This document shows, piece after piece, positions 19,162 to 28,464 of a stretch of 64,000 nucleotides of DNA. Numbering within the stretch: position 1 is the first letter of the stretch; each line of letters opens with the position of its first letter. The stretch comes from a virus: positions 1 through 64,000 of the IMG/VR virus record IMGVR_UViG_3300042731_011319; one strand, given 5' to 3'. The notes under the pieces were generated by a model. The model was not told the DNA's origin. It searched no databases and worked only from the letters and a program-made list of their open reading frames with translations. A program made the position numbers and the translations under genes.

Positions 19162-19727
19162 GATACATTAAATAATAATTCTGATTGTAATTTGTTTAAC
19201 AGCGATTCAAATAAATTATTGTTACAATAATCAAAATTATAATTTGGTTGTGAGGATTTGTTGGCAATCTTCCACCATTGTGCATGAGATTTAGTGTGTT
19301 TTGTTATAGGTCGAAAACTCGGACATAGGGATATATTAAATGCGTCAGAAATTTTTGTTAATAAATGACGGCCTTGATCTTTTTGTAAAACATCTAGCCG
19401 ACCGCAAATAAAATTAAATCCTTGTAAAATCTCGAGGTTAGATAATGCTCTGTTAGAGTACTTATGATAGATCGCAAGATCTTCGATGTTTTGATAGTAT
19501 CCATAATTTATGACTTTCATTCTTGGGAGCCAGCTTGTGTAGGTTCTTATTGGATATATATAAAGGAAATTTTTTTTTGGTTGAGAAGTGGAAAAGTATT
19601 CATGCTTATTATCGTCAATACATTGAATATCTTGAGAAAATATATTTTCGTTTATTAAAGAATGTATCCACCTAGTTCCAGAATGTATGTCTCCAATTAC
19701 CTGAATAGTTGCAATTGGATTGTTCAT
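19155..19727 (-). CDS. Divergent sulfotransferase-like protein
   Basis: VIGDIHSGTRWI resembles a PSB loop; KH...IRTYTSWL. Confidence 0.45.
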   Translation of the reverse strand: MNNPIATIQVIGDIHSGTRWIHSLINENIFSQDIQCIDDNKHEYFSTSQPKKNFLYIYPIRTYTSWLPRMKVINYGYYQNIEDLAIYHKYSNRALSNLEILQGFNFICGRLDVLQKDQGRHLLTKISDAFNISLCPSFRPITKHTKSHAQWWKIANKSSQPNYNFDYCNNNLFESLLNKLQSELLFNVSC

Positions 19728-20470
19728 TAAATTAATGAGTTAAATTTTTCAACTTCTATGTATCTTGGATTGTTTGTTTTTGAGCTGTATTGCGTGCACG
19801 GAAGAATATCGTTTGCTCGCTTCCACTCTTTGGCACTTTCGATGACATCAATCCAACAAAAAGATTCTCTAATAAATTTATAAGCATATGCACCAAGTAA
19901 ATTGTATTCACTGATTGTCTCAAGAGTATTTAAGTAATCTATAATGTCGCCTTTTAAATTTAAAATGTATTCTCTTAATTTTGGAAATAGATCAGTGTGA
20001 TATACGAGCGGCATTCTTCTCATGAAATTATAATCAGATTCATACTCTAATGTTTGATCTGTCCACGGTTTAAAAACAGTGTTCGGCATTTGTGACCACT
20101 TTTGTATGCCAAGGATTGGTTTATTGCCATTAAAATAAACTGAAGGATCGTGGTGGTCTGTGAAAATATTATCACTATCAACGTGACAAATGTAATCCGC
20201 GTCGCTCGACACATATTGTTCAGAAAATAGTTTGATGTATTGTTGTCTTATATAACCTTTTTTGATTTTTTTTGCTTCTCGATTAATGAAGTATTTTTGA
20301 TCTATTGATTCAAGATATTGTTGTGTTTGAATGCAATCGTTTTCATGATCATCTATTACTACAACATTTTCATAATAACCTTTGCAATATTTTTCAATAG
20401 ACTCCAGGTTATATTTTAAATACTCGAGATCTTTATCGTAGGTTACGGTTATGATTGCGGTTTTCAACAC
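19727..20470 (-). CDS. Putative glycosyltransferase (DUF6492-like)
   Basis: TYDKD, GYIRQQYIKL, VDSD (DxD), SEYNLLG. Confidence 0.6.
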   Translation of the reverse strand: MLKTAIITVTYDKDLEYLKYNLESIEKYCKGYYENVVVIDDHENDCIQTQQYLESIDQKYFINREAKKIKKGYIRQQYIKLFSEQYVSSDADYICHVDSDNIFTDHHDPSVYFNGNKPILGIQKWSQMPNTVFKPWTDQTLEYESDYNFMRRMPLVYHTDLFPKLREYILNLKGDIIDYLNTLETISEYNLLGAYAYKFIRESFCWIDVIESAKEWKRANDILPCTQYSSKTNNPRYIEVEKFNSLI

Positions 20471-20568
20471 TTTAAAAAATATCGATTATATCTATCATCA
20501 AAGGCTATATCAATATATGTACCTTGTGAGGAGTTTCCTAGTAATTTATGTATTTCCTCTGGTTTCAT
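20464..20568 (-). CDS. 34-aa ORF, possible gene fragment
   Basis: MKPEEIHKLLGNSSQGTYIDIAFDD fills the gap between two genes; weak resemblance to an FkbM N-terminus. Confidence 0.3.
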   Translation of the reverse strand: MKPEEIHKLLGNSSQGTYIDIAFDDRYNRYFLKC

Positions 20569-20575
20569 GTTACAT

Positions 20576-21475
20576 TTATTTACAATATCTCTCCCATAAT
20601 TTTCTGTCCCAATATGTACGATCTAGAAACGTTTGTTGAATACTTGGATCTAGGTCTTCGAATTTTATTTTTATTTTTTTGGAAGTTTTGTTCTTATTAA
20701 TATGAGTGACTACAACATCGGACTCAATATCTGATTGAAGGATACCATAAGCACCGTGAAATACATTATTAATTAATTCATCTACTCCGCTAATATCGGA
20801 TATTCTAAAATACTGAAGGTATTGATTCGCTAATGTAAAATGTCTGGGCTCAATCACTTGAGAATCTTGCATGTCAAGCAAATGCCTTATAATCCAACTA
20901 TCTTCTAACTCGCTAGATTCAAGATATTCAAGTAAATTGGCAGAAACAATCGAATCGTGAGTCGGTTCATGCTTACTACTGTTACCCTTTATGTAATGAT
21001 ATAGCGACATAGACCTTGCAAAAGGATCCCGCAGAACTGTAAAGTTTAATTCATAGTCTCTTTTTGAAGCATGTTTAATCTTTTCTACAGCATCTCTTTG
21101 TATTGATGCTCCGGGAATAGTAGGATCAACACTAATCGAAAAAACTTCGACATCTCCATTATTAATAGAATCGATAAAAGATTCCAAGTCAACATAATCA
21201 GTTACTTCATCACTGAATTTATGTTTTTTAAAATTGTTATTTATTGTTGCAACATCTGTAGGGGTATGAATGCAGCAAGTCAATTGCTTTCCTTCTTTTA
21301 ATAAAACAATAGATCTCCTTATTCTTTTGGAAGTCCATCCTGGTATTTGATGCTTGCCTAAATATAAGTTGTATTTTCTGCATAACATCATCATCCAACT
21401 TAAAACATAAGTTCCTGCATTCTTGGCTATATGATAAAAAACAGGAAGATGTTTAGGATCTTTAACTATACTCAT
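20576..21475 (-). CDS. Sulfotransferase family 2-like (start revised to ATG 21475)
   Basis: FYHIAKNAGTY, FTVLRDPFARSMSLY, D..LW C-terminus; the track's GTG start is the GTGTA element. Confidence 0.8.
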   Translation of the reverse strand: MSIVKDPKHLPVFYHIAKNAGTYVLSWMMMLCRKYNLYLGKHQIPGWTSKRIRRSIVLLKEGKQLTCCIHTPTDVATINNNFKKHKFSDEVTDYVDLESFIDSINNGDVEVFSISVDPTIPGASIQRDAVEKIKHASKRDYELNFTVLRDPFARSMSLYHYIKGNSSKHEPTHDSIVSANLLEYLESSELEDSWIIRHLLDMQDSQVIEPRHFTLANQYLQYFRISDISGVDELINNVFHGAYGILQSDIESDVVVTHINKNKTSKKIKIKFEDLDPSIQQTFLDRTYWDRKLWERYCK

Positions 21476-21515
21476 GACCTTATATAGGTACACTTTATTA
21501 AAAAATAAATTCTAT

Positions 21516-22349
21516 TTAAGATAAAAATCTATTTTTTTGATGTAAAATTATTAAATCTCTATTTTTTTGGCAAATATAACTTTCTTTTAGCTTTCTGTCT
21601 GCACCCATGGACATATTAGAAATTAATTTTATATCTTTATACCCAGGTTTGTATTTATTTATGTTTTCTTCTGAAGATTCGATAGTATAGTAAATCGCAA
21701 TGTCGTAATTAACAAAATGATCATGAACACCTTCTTTCACTAGTTGTTTCAACTTGGATAAAGATTTATCAATCAATTCTTTAAGTAAATCACAGTTTTT
21801 ATAAATAGCCACCCCATTTAAATGATCTTTCCATTGGCAATTTTCCGGCAGATCGACAATGCCCTCATAATGACTTCCGGCGATCAAGAAATCTTCTTCG
21901 GTGCAATATTTATGCAGTCGATCAAACCAGCGATACTTAACAGGACGAGTATCAGATTCTAAGACCAAGAAATTTTCATAATTATTCTGAAAAAGAAAGT
22001 CTAAGCCTTGAAAAAAAGAGTTATTGGGCCCAGAAGATAGCCCTAAGATAGGAAAGTCATGCTCTTCGTATAATTCATAAGAATGGTTGGTTCGAACATA
22101 AATATTTTCTTGCTCGCTAAGATCCAAAGAATGTATATGGATTTTATTTACATATTTATAAGATTCATACTTTAATAAATCTTCATAATCTTTAGGGTCG
22201 CCCTGATCAAAAATAAAAAATAAATCAAATAGATATTGTGTCGAACCCCCTAGTCCAAAATAATATTTTAAAGAATGATCCAGGTCGCCTTTTTGGTATT
22301 CTTTTTGAGAGCATAAGAATGCTGTAGCTAATTTATTTGTATACTCCAT
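21516..22349 (-). CDS. Putative glycosyltransferase-like protein
   Basis: GPNNSF, LESD, HLNGVAIY, YD motifs; probable ATG start 22349; located in the glycan cluster. Confidence 0.5.
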   Translation of the reverse strand: MEYTNKLATAFLCSQKEYQKGDLDHSLKYYFGLGGSTQYLFDLFFIFDQGDPKDYEDLLKYESYKYVNKIHIHSLDLSEQENIYVRTNHSYELYEEHDFPILGLSSGPNNSFFQGLDFLFQNNYENFLVLESDTRPVKYRWFDRLHKYCTEEDFLIAGSHYEGIVDLPENCQWKDHLNGVAIYKNCDLLKELIDKSLSKLKQLVKEGVHDHFVNYDIAIYYTIESSEENINKYKPGYKDIKLISNMSMGADRKLKESYICQKNRDLIILHQKNRFLS

Positions 22350-22477
22350 ATAGTTAAAATTATATATCAATAAATAATATATATTATAATATATAAAGAA
22401 CTTAATCTCTATTAATTACCACTTATATTTTTCCCAAATACAAAAAGTATATAAAACTGCTAATAATAATATTGTTG

Positions 22478-22984
22478 TCATTTTACGATTCTGTCTACTA
22501 TGATTTGATGTGCGAATTTTTTGTCATGCCAGCCGTGTACTTTAACTTTATCACCTGACATAGATAAATCTTTGTAATGAGCAAAGAAGTTTTTTGAAAT
22601 CTGAAGAAAGCTCTCTTCTAGGTCTTTGATGTTAGAATATTGTCTGGTATAAAAATTTGGAACACCGACTAGCTTGTAATCCTTCTCTCCCTCGTCGTCC
22701 ATATCTAACACCCCAAGAATTTTGGTTTCCACAACTGTAGCTCGCTTGATTGGTTCAGGGCTGATAACTAAGATATCAAGGGGATCGCCATCTTCACATA
22801 AAGTGCCAGGAACAAACCCATAACTAGCTGGATAAACCATAGCAGAGTTTAAGCATCGATCATACATAAAGACACCAAGCTTCCCATCATATTCATATTT
22901 ATTTTTAGATCCTTCTTCGATCTCGATCACCGCATTAACAACTTGAGGCGATCTTTCATGTATTGGTAAGTGGTATAAGTTCAT
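22478..22984 (-). CDS. ppa: Family I inorganic pyrophosphatase
   Basis: IEI..GS.NKYE, DR, YPASYG, EDGDPLD, MDDEGEKDYK, FF.HYKDL. Confidence 0.95.
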   Translation of the reverse strand: MNLYHLPIHERSPQVVNAVIEIEEGSKNKYEYDGKLGVFMYDRCLNSAMVYPASYGFVPGTLCEDGDPLDILVISPEPIKRATVVETKILGVLDMDDEGEKDYKLVGVPNFYTRQYSNIKDLEESFLQISKNFFAHYKDLSMSGDKVKVHGWHDKKFAHQIIVDRIVK

Positions 22985-23379
22985 TTTATTCCAGTCAAAT
23001 CAGAAGAAGAGCGAATTTTATCACCAAGTCCATCAATAACTTGTGTTTCGTTTTCTTTGCAGATTTTGTATTCAGGTATTTCTCCATTGCTGCGGTCGCC
23101 CCCATTGGCAAAAACATCAGGTTTAATTAAATCAAGAGTCTTGCATACAGTTTTGTCGTCATCGATAGACATTACAGCCTCATCAACACCTTTAATTTGA
23201 GATACAATTTCTAGACGATCATCTTCACACATAAAAGATTTTCCTTTTTTTAAAACAGCTTGTTTGTCGTTATTGACAATAACAATTAAATAATCACCAA
23301 GTGATTTTGCCATTTTAATATATTCCAAGTGACCAATATGGATTGGGTCAAAGTAACCACTAATTGCAATTTTTTTCAT
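22981..23379 (-). CDS. Cytidylyltransferase-like (TagD/RfaE-type) nucleotidyltransferase
   Basis: SGYFDPIHIGH, ANGGDR, KIRSSS; start MKKIAISG at 23379. Confidence 0.85.
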   Translation of the reverse strand: MKKIAISGYFDPIHIGHLEYIKMAKSLGDYLIVIVNNDKQAVLKKGKSFMCEDDRLEIVSQIKGVDEAVMSIDDDKTVCKTLDLIKPDVFANGGDRSNGEIPEYKICKENETQVIDGLGDKIRSSSDLTGIK

Positions 23380-23753
23380 GTAAGATTTTTTTGTATTTGT
23401 CTGAAAATGTAAGCCATACACTCGCTATCTGTAAGCTTTAGAGCTCGATATATTTCTAAATCTATAACTTGCTCTATATCTAAATCATTAAAAGGTATTA
23501 ATTCATCTTTATCTTCCTCGTACAAGCAGACATCGATAATTTTATTTGTGCCAATCGGTTGGGTGACATATATTTTATATATATCCATGTAACTTTTAGG
23601 CAGCTCTAATAATCGTTTATATATTTTACTGAAATTAATAGTTAATTCAATAATTGCATGATCTGATAAGTGCTCGTCTTTATAATATTCTCTATAAAGA
23701 TGATTAAACATTGATTTAAATGTAACCTTTTGTGCTAATTCTCTAAGTGTCAT
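23376..23753 (-). CDS. Hypothetical protein
   Basis: Coupled ORF. Confidence 0.6.
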   Translation of the reverse strand: MTLRELAQKVTFKSMFNHLYREYYKDEHLSDHAIIELTINFSKIYKRLLELPKSYMDIYKIYVTQPIGTNKIIDVCLYEEDKDELIPFNDLDIEQVIDLEIYRALKLTDSECMAYIFRQIQKNLT

Positions 23754-23759
23754 TGTCGT

Positions 23760-23978
23760 TTACAAGAAGTTTGGGCGGTTTTGATAAGTCTTCCTGTATT
23801 CCATAGAATGAATTTGATTTGACTGTAAGTCGATCAATAGCTTCTGCTTTAAAATCGCTTCGTGCTGAATATCAAGAGTATCATATAAAGATTCGATCTT
23901 CTCATTTTGTTGGTAAACAAAAAAGCACAGAAAAGTAATTAATAATAACAGTGCAACCTCTATGAAAGAAAACTTCAT
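23760..23978 (-). CDS. Small membrane/coiled-coil protein
   Basis: N-terminal TM; GTGTA-N9-ATG. Confidence 0.6.
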   Translation of the reverse strand: MKFSFIEVALLLLITFLCFFVYQQNEKIESLYDTLDIQHEAILKQKLLIDLQSNQIHSMEYRKTYQNRPNFL

Positions 23979-23999
23979 ACAAGTGATTACACAAAAAAA

Positions 24000-24683
24000 T
24001 TAACACATTCTTTGATTAAGTCTTTCTTGACCAAAAAGATATTTAATAGCTTTATGACCTTTGTTGATGGCGCGATCCTTAGATGAAGCAGAGAATTGTA
24101 TATTTGAATACTGTTTAATTAATTCACGAGCTTTTCGTAAGCAATTTGATACATTTTGGTGGGTTGTGCCAAACATCTCTCCAATAGCTTCGCCAGTATA
24201 ACCTTTTAAGTATAATTGAAAATAACGAATTTGTTTTTTAGTTAAAAAATAGTTATATTTTGTCAATGAATTAATAATTCCATCTATATGGTCGGAGGCG
24301 TTAAGTTTTTCAAAATTAGGATCAATTGCACCTCTGGATTCAGATACATGATCAAAAGTTGATTTTAATTCTCCATCATCATTCATTAGTGTGGAATCAA
24401 GCTTTCTCATCAGATATCTTTTGTCCGAATTAGAAGAGCCAGATGCTCCCCATTTGGTGGATTGAATCGCCATCATGCACAGAAACTTTTTAAACTCATC
24501 AGGCGTTTCAAAATTGTACGAAACAAAATGATCGATCCTTTTAATTAGTCTAAAATTGACATCAGAAAGAATTTCTTCAACAGACATAGCATGCCCAGAG
24601 TAGTATTGGTGACCAATAATCCTACGCAAGTCTTCTTGATACTCTAATAAGACTGAAAGCAGCTCAGATGATGAAGTCAGCAT
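24000..24683 (-). CDS. Sigma-factor-like protein with region-4 HTH
   Basis: LTKKQ...LYLKGYTGEAIGEMFGTTHQNVSNCLRKAR; region-2-like EEILSDV...F.KFL. Confidence 0.65.
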   Translation of the reverse strand: MLTSSSELLSVLLEYQEDLRRIIGHQYYSGHAMSVEEILSDVNFRLIKRIDHFVSYNFETPDEFKKFLCMMAIQSTKWGASGSSNSDKRYLMRKLDSTLMNDDGELKSTFDHVSESRGAIDPNFEKLNASDHIDGIINSLTKYNYFLTKKQIRYFQLYLKGYTGEAIGEMFGTTHQNVSNCLRKARELIKQYSNIQFSASSKDRAINKGHKAIKYLFGQERLNQRMC

Positions 24684-25048
24684 AATGAATGTGATAAATC
24701 GTTAGAATTAGACATTTTAAAATAAAACAAATGATCAGCAGTATTAGGAAAAGCAGAATCGCGTATGCACTCCCAGTCTTGAATGTCTAAAGAATATCCA
24801 TCTATTTTACTGTCACGATGAAACATATAAATTTGAATGATCATAATATTATTAAATATATCATCATCATTAATTTTTTCAAGAAAGAATTTTCTTGCGC
24901 AAGCAGATGAATTTGCCTTTAATATCGTACGATATATGTTATTGACACTACCGCTAATATTTGCAGAATACTCGATAAGCCAATACTGAGAATAGTCAAA
25001 TTTTTTTTTAAAGAAATAGCTTTGACTAGTGTTTCTTTTACGGCCCAT
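24677..25048 (-). CDS. Hypothetical protein
   Basis: Likely start MGRKRN at 25048, 2 nt after the upstream stop. Confidence 0.55.
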   Translation of the reverse strand: MGRKRNTSQSYFFKKKFDYSQYWLIEYSANISGSVNNIYRTILKANSSACARKFFLEKINDDDIFNNIMIIQIYMFHRDSKIDGYSLDIQDWECIRDSAFPNTADHLFYFKMSNSNDLSHSLC

Positions 25049-25050
25049 GA

Positions 25051-25197
25051 TTATTTGTTGTTTTTTTTCTTCCAATTAATTTTGGAGTAGTTGTCTTGAA
25101 ATTTTTTAGAAAAGTTATTGCGGGGAGAGTCTCCCTTTCCATTTGAGGAGGTTTTATTGATATTACATTTACCTGATTTGCATTTATTTTTACTCAT
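25051..25197 (-). CDS. 48-aa basic phage protein
   Basis: Not in the ORF track; GKGDSPRN...FQDNYSKINW pattern typical of small phage ORFs. Confidence 0.6.
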   Translation of the reverse strand: MSKNKCKSGKCNINKTSSNGKGDSPRNNFSKKFQDNYSKINWKKKNNK

Positions 25198-25358
25198 TTC
25201 CATTTACAGTAGTTAGGGTTTTCAGCACGCTTACGTCTCATGTAATCTCTTTTTTGAGCTCGGCGCTTTTCTAAGTTCTCATCATCATATTTTTTTTGCG
25301 CTTTTTTTTGAGCAGCCTTACCTTTGTCTGATTTTTTATATTTTGATTGAGGGTCCAT
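25194..25358 (-). CDS. 54-aa basic protein
   Basis: Not in the ORF track; KY..SDKGK.A.KKA...Y...RDYMRRKR; ATGA coupling. Confidence 0.6.
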   Translation of the reverse strand: MDPQSKYKKSDKGKAAQKKAQKKYDDENLEKRRAQKRDYMRRKRAENPNYCKWK

Positions 25359-25373
25359 TGAATGTATAGTCCA

Positions 25374-25976
25374 CTATTGGTTTAACGTCGTTTGGAAAAT
25401 TTTTTCTATATCCAAATTTTGAAAAATATTAGAATGTAAAATGACCTCATCACATGAGTCGAGATGGTTGTGCCCAAATGTGGGCCAAGAAATTGTATAG
25501 TCAATCAGGTCTTTAAATAAATCATACTGCTCCTGTTCATCATGGTTTGCTGGACCAATACCTTCACGCACAATATTAATGACTGTGCCTCCTTGGTTTT
25601 TTATCCACTCGGCTTCATTTAAGAAACGAACATCTGTAATAAACACATAATTATTTTGTTGCAAATGAAGATTGACCCCGGATGATATACTGTCTATCCA
25701 GCAATTGGGATTAAGTTTCCGCCTAATGTCAGTTCCGTAGGTCACTAACAAAGGACGAATGATAGATTTTTCATCATCCTTATCAGTGAAAGCCGAAATC
25801 CCTGTATATTTAATTAAAAGTTCATCAAGTTCCCCCTTGAGGGCGTCAGCAAAAGAATAACGCTTAGACTCTTGCTTAATTAAGCCAAGCATTAATTTAC
25901 AGCGTTCATAAAAAGTATCTTTGCCTGATCGTGCAAAGCCGGATATTCCAATTAATTTATTCATCGTCTTCATCAA
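25374..25976 (-). CDS. Deoxynucleoside monophosphate kinase
   Basis: GISGFARSGKDT, SFADALK, R..L..YGT, ITDVRFLNE. Confidence 0.85.
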   Translation of the reverse strand: MMKTMNKLIGISGFARSGKDTFYERCKLMLGLIKQESKRYSFADALKGELDELLIKYTGISAFTDKDDEKSIIRPLLVTYGTDIRRKLNPNCWIDSISSGVNLHLQQNNYVFITDVRFLNEAEWIKNQGGTVINIVREGIGPANHDEQEQYDLFKDLIDYTISWPTFGHNHLDSCDEVILHSNIFQNLDIEKIFQTTLNQ

Positions 25977-26139
25977 AAATTATATCAGATTCAAAATTGC
26001 CATCATGGGTTAGTTCTATGATTTTTTCTTGTAGTGCCCCAATCATGGTGATAGTGTTGATGTCGAACTCTTGTAGGTATCGTTCTACCAAAGTATCTAA
26101 ATCAAACCGAAATGCATCTGTTTGTTCGTTATAGTCCAT
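25957..26139 (-). CDS. Acidic hypothetical protein
   Basis: First gene after a consensus promoter. Confidence 0.6.
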   Translation of the reverse strand: MDYNEQTDAFRFDLDTLVERYLQEFDINTITMIGALQEKIIELTHDGNFESDIIFDEDDE

Positions 26140-26150
26140 AATATTTTTTT

Positions 26151-26179
26151 ATTATAATATATAGTCCACTGTTTGTCAA
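26151..26179 (-). promoter_or_regulatory. sigma70-type promoter (perfect consensus)
   Basis: TTGACA-N17-TATAAT. Confidence 0.85.
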
Positions 26180-26199
26180 GCTTATGTTGGAAAATTTTT

Positions 26200-26970
26200 T
26201 TAATCTTCGATTTTTTGGCCAAGTATATAGTCAAAAGATTGCTCAAGATTTTTCTGATTCAAATCAAATGGGTCTAGGTTCTGCCACCCTTTGAACTCTG
26301 TCCCTCCAACCTTGCGATATTTACTGAATGCTTTAATCTCATCAACTGGATAAATATTTAATTGTTCAGCATAAACATAAGCATGATATAAATAATATTT
26401 AAGATGATTGGGGCATAGAATAAATAAAAACATTTCCTCTTCAAGAATGCGATCCCATTTACCATACCTTAGATGAAATACATCTCGCTCCAAAGAGTAA
26501 CCTAAATTGTCTACTGCGAGCTCAATAAAAGCATTGCCAAGGATAAAGTCAGCCCCGGAGTTAATGGACTTGCCTTTCTCTAGCATGTAATCGTAATCAC
26601 AGCCAGACTTCTTGAGGTTAAAATTTTTAAAAATAATTAATTCAAAAATCCAACCAATAATTAAATCAAAAGCAAAGTCTGTTTTGTTTCTGCCTTGTAG
26701 ATTCCTGTTGTATCGAAAGAGACTATTTAAATATTCAATAGACCTTTCTGTGTGACAATTAAAGAAAATTGAAGCAAAAAGGTAAGGGATTATTTTACAG
26801 TCACCTTCTCGGCACAGAAATGCCCTAAGAGATTGTTCGGAATTTAATGCATCTACTAAACCCCAAACAGAATGAAACTTTTTAATGCTAGTTTTATTTG
26901 TTAACCTAGACGACCTGGTTTCAAATAAGTGAGTTAAATTATTTTTTAATTTATCTTCCTCTACGATCAT
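26200..26970 (-). CDS. Putative restriction endonuclease / hypothetical protein
   Basis: Coupled to the C5-MTase; GW..E...GADF....IEL resembles a PD-(D/E)xK core. Confidence 0.4.
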   Translation of the reverse strand: MIVEEDKLKNNLTHLFETRSSRLTNKTSIKKFHSVWGLVDALNSEQSLRAFLCREGDCKIIPYLFASIFFNCHTERSIEYLNSLFRYNRNLQGRNKTDFAFDLIIGWIFELIIFKNFNLKKSGCDYDYMLEKGKSINSGADFILGNAFIELAVDNLGYSLERDVFHLRYGKWDRILEEEMFLFILCPNHLKYYLYHAYVYAEQLNIYPVDEIKAFSKYRKVGGTEFKGWQNLDPFDLNQKNLEQSFDYILGQKIED

Positions 26971-28115
26971 AAGAAATCAAATTCAAGCTGAGCATTATCC
27001 AAAGAAACAGAAGCTTGCAAGGGAATTGACATCACCATGGCTAAAGCCATCTTTGGTAAGAACAGTTCACCAAGAACCTTTCGTATAAAATTACTAGAGT
27101 ATTTATAACTAAATGTTCCGTCAGAATTTATACTACAAAATTGATCGAGACAATCAGTAGGAAGGCCACAGATAGCTAGTATCTCTCGAACGGACAAGAC
27201 TCTGGCATCAGACTGAGTCCCGTCTGGAAGTTTATATCCGGGGTGCACATTATTTTGACTAGATATAGAACCATTAGTCATTGTTACTGTAGGTGCAGGG
27301 TCATTCCAGTTCATTCTTTTGTAAGTCGTTTTGAATCCAGAGATCACTCTTTTCTCTCCATCCTCTATGACATGCGGAAAATGAAATGAATTATTAAATG
27401 CAGTTTCTCCTTCTGGGGTATGCTTCATCCAGTCAATATGATTTTTGTTATGCTTCGATGCAAAATGCCAAGGAATGTTAGACTGTTCACCACTCTCTAA
27501 ACTTGGAAACTCAGATACATCTCCTATTACATCTTTAAGTGTTAAGATATCATCCTCTGCATCAGGATGCTGCCACTCTCCATTTTCAGAGATTAAACAT
27601 ATAGATCTGCTTCGAGATTGAGCCGTGCCAAAATGCTTGCCATTTAAAACTTTCGATTTACATTCATGGTTATTTGGAATCTTTGAATTTATAAAATCAA
27701 TAATTCTTGTAGCTTTGTCTTGATAATTAATATATGTATTAAGCATGGCAGGTACATTCTCAATCATCATATATTTAGGCTGGACTGATTGGTATATCTC
27801 CATAGCATAAACAATCAGTTTGTTTCTAATGTCATCTTTTGATCTTTGGGCGTTCGCGATACTCATGCCTTGACAAGGCGGTGTAGCAATAATTAAATCT
27901 ATGGGTCCAGATTCTTCGCAAGCTTGAACGATTGAATCTCTAGTAGTTTTTTCACATATGTCGCCACAAATGACATGAGGAGTGTTAGGGTACAATTCTT
28001 TGTAGAAATCTACACGATCTTGCAATAGTTCATTTGCAACTACAACATCAAAGCCGTGGTCTTTTAAATAAAACTCACCGAATCCTACATTCGCAAATAA
28101 AGATAAAACTTTCAT
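26967..28115 (-). CDS. dcm: DNA (cytosine-5) methyltransferase (start revised to ATG 28115)
   Basis: LSLFANVG, GDI, PPCQGMS, ENV, QSRSR, RVLSVRE motifs. Confidence 0.9.
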   Translation of the reverse strand: MKVLSLFANVGFGEFYLKDHGFDVVVANELLQDRVDFYKELYPNTPHVICGDICEKTTRDSIVQACEESGPIDLIIATPPCQGMSIANAQRSKDDIRNKLIVYAMEIYQSVQPKYMMIENVPAMLNTYINYQDKATRIIDFINSKIPNNHECKSKVLNGKHFGTAQSRSRSICLISENGEWQHPDAEDDILTLKDVIGDVSEFPSLESGEQSNIPWHFASKHNKNHIDWMKHTPEGETAFNNSFHFPHVIEDGEKRVISGFKTTYKRMNWNDPAPTVTMTNGSISSQNNVHPGYKLPDGTQSDARVLSVREILAICGLPTDCLDQFCSINSDGTFSYKYSSNFIRKVLGELFLPKMALAMVMSIPLQASVSLDNAQLEFDFL

Positions 28116-28121
28116 ATAAAT

Positions 28122-28158
28122 AAAAAAAGGGGGACGACTAATTATAGTCGCCCCCCTT
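28122..28158 (-). terminator. Intrinsic terminator of the porin operon
   Basis: GGGGGGCGACTA-TAAT-TAGTCGTCCCCC followed by T7. Confidence 0.85.
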
Positions 28159-28169
28159 CGGGAAGTCAA
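28141..28169 (-). promoter_or_regulatory. sigma70-type promoter overlapping the terminator hairpin
   Basis: TTGACT(28169-28164)-N17-TATAAT(28146-28141). Confidence 0.75.
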
Positions 28170-28182
28170 GAATAAAATATAA

Positions 28183-28443
28183 TTATTTAGACTTTGAGCA
28201 CTGGTTACTGTCGCAACTCAGCTTACCGATCAATGCAACTACTAAAACAAGAGTTACAAAAGAAGTAAAGTCAGCGCCTACGCCAACAAAACCTCCAAGC
28301 AAACCTTGTAGGTTGCCAATGACATTAACAGGAGCAGAGGCTCCAAATACAGCTTGAACTACAATCAATAGCCCAAGAACACTAAGTAATGTGGCAGCAA
28401 TACCTTTTACTGCACAAGTGATTTTTTGTAATGTATCTTTCAT
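28183..28443 (-). CDS. Small two-TM membrane protein
   Basis: Two hydrophobic helices; resembles small membrane proteins of marine bacteria (V.GN...L..). Confidence 0.7.
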   Translation of the reverse strand: MKDTLQKITCAVKGIAATLLSVLGLLIVVQAVFGASAPVNVIGNLQGLLGGFVGVGADFTSFVTLVLVVALIGKLSCDSNQCSKSK

Positions 28444-28464
28444 AATTATTTATTTTAGGGTTAA

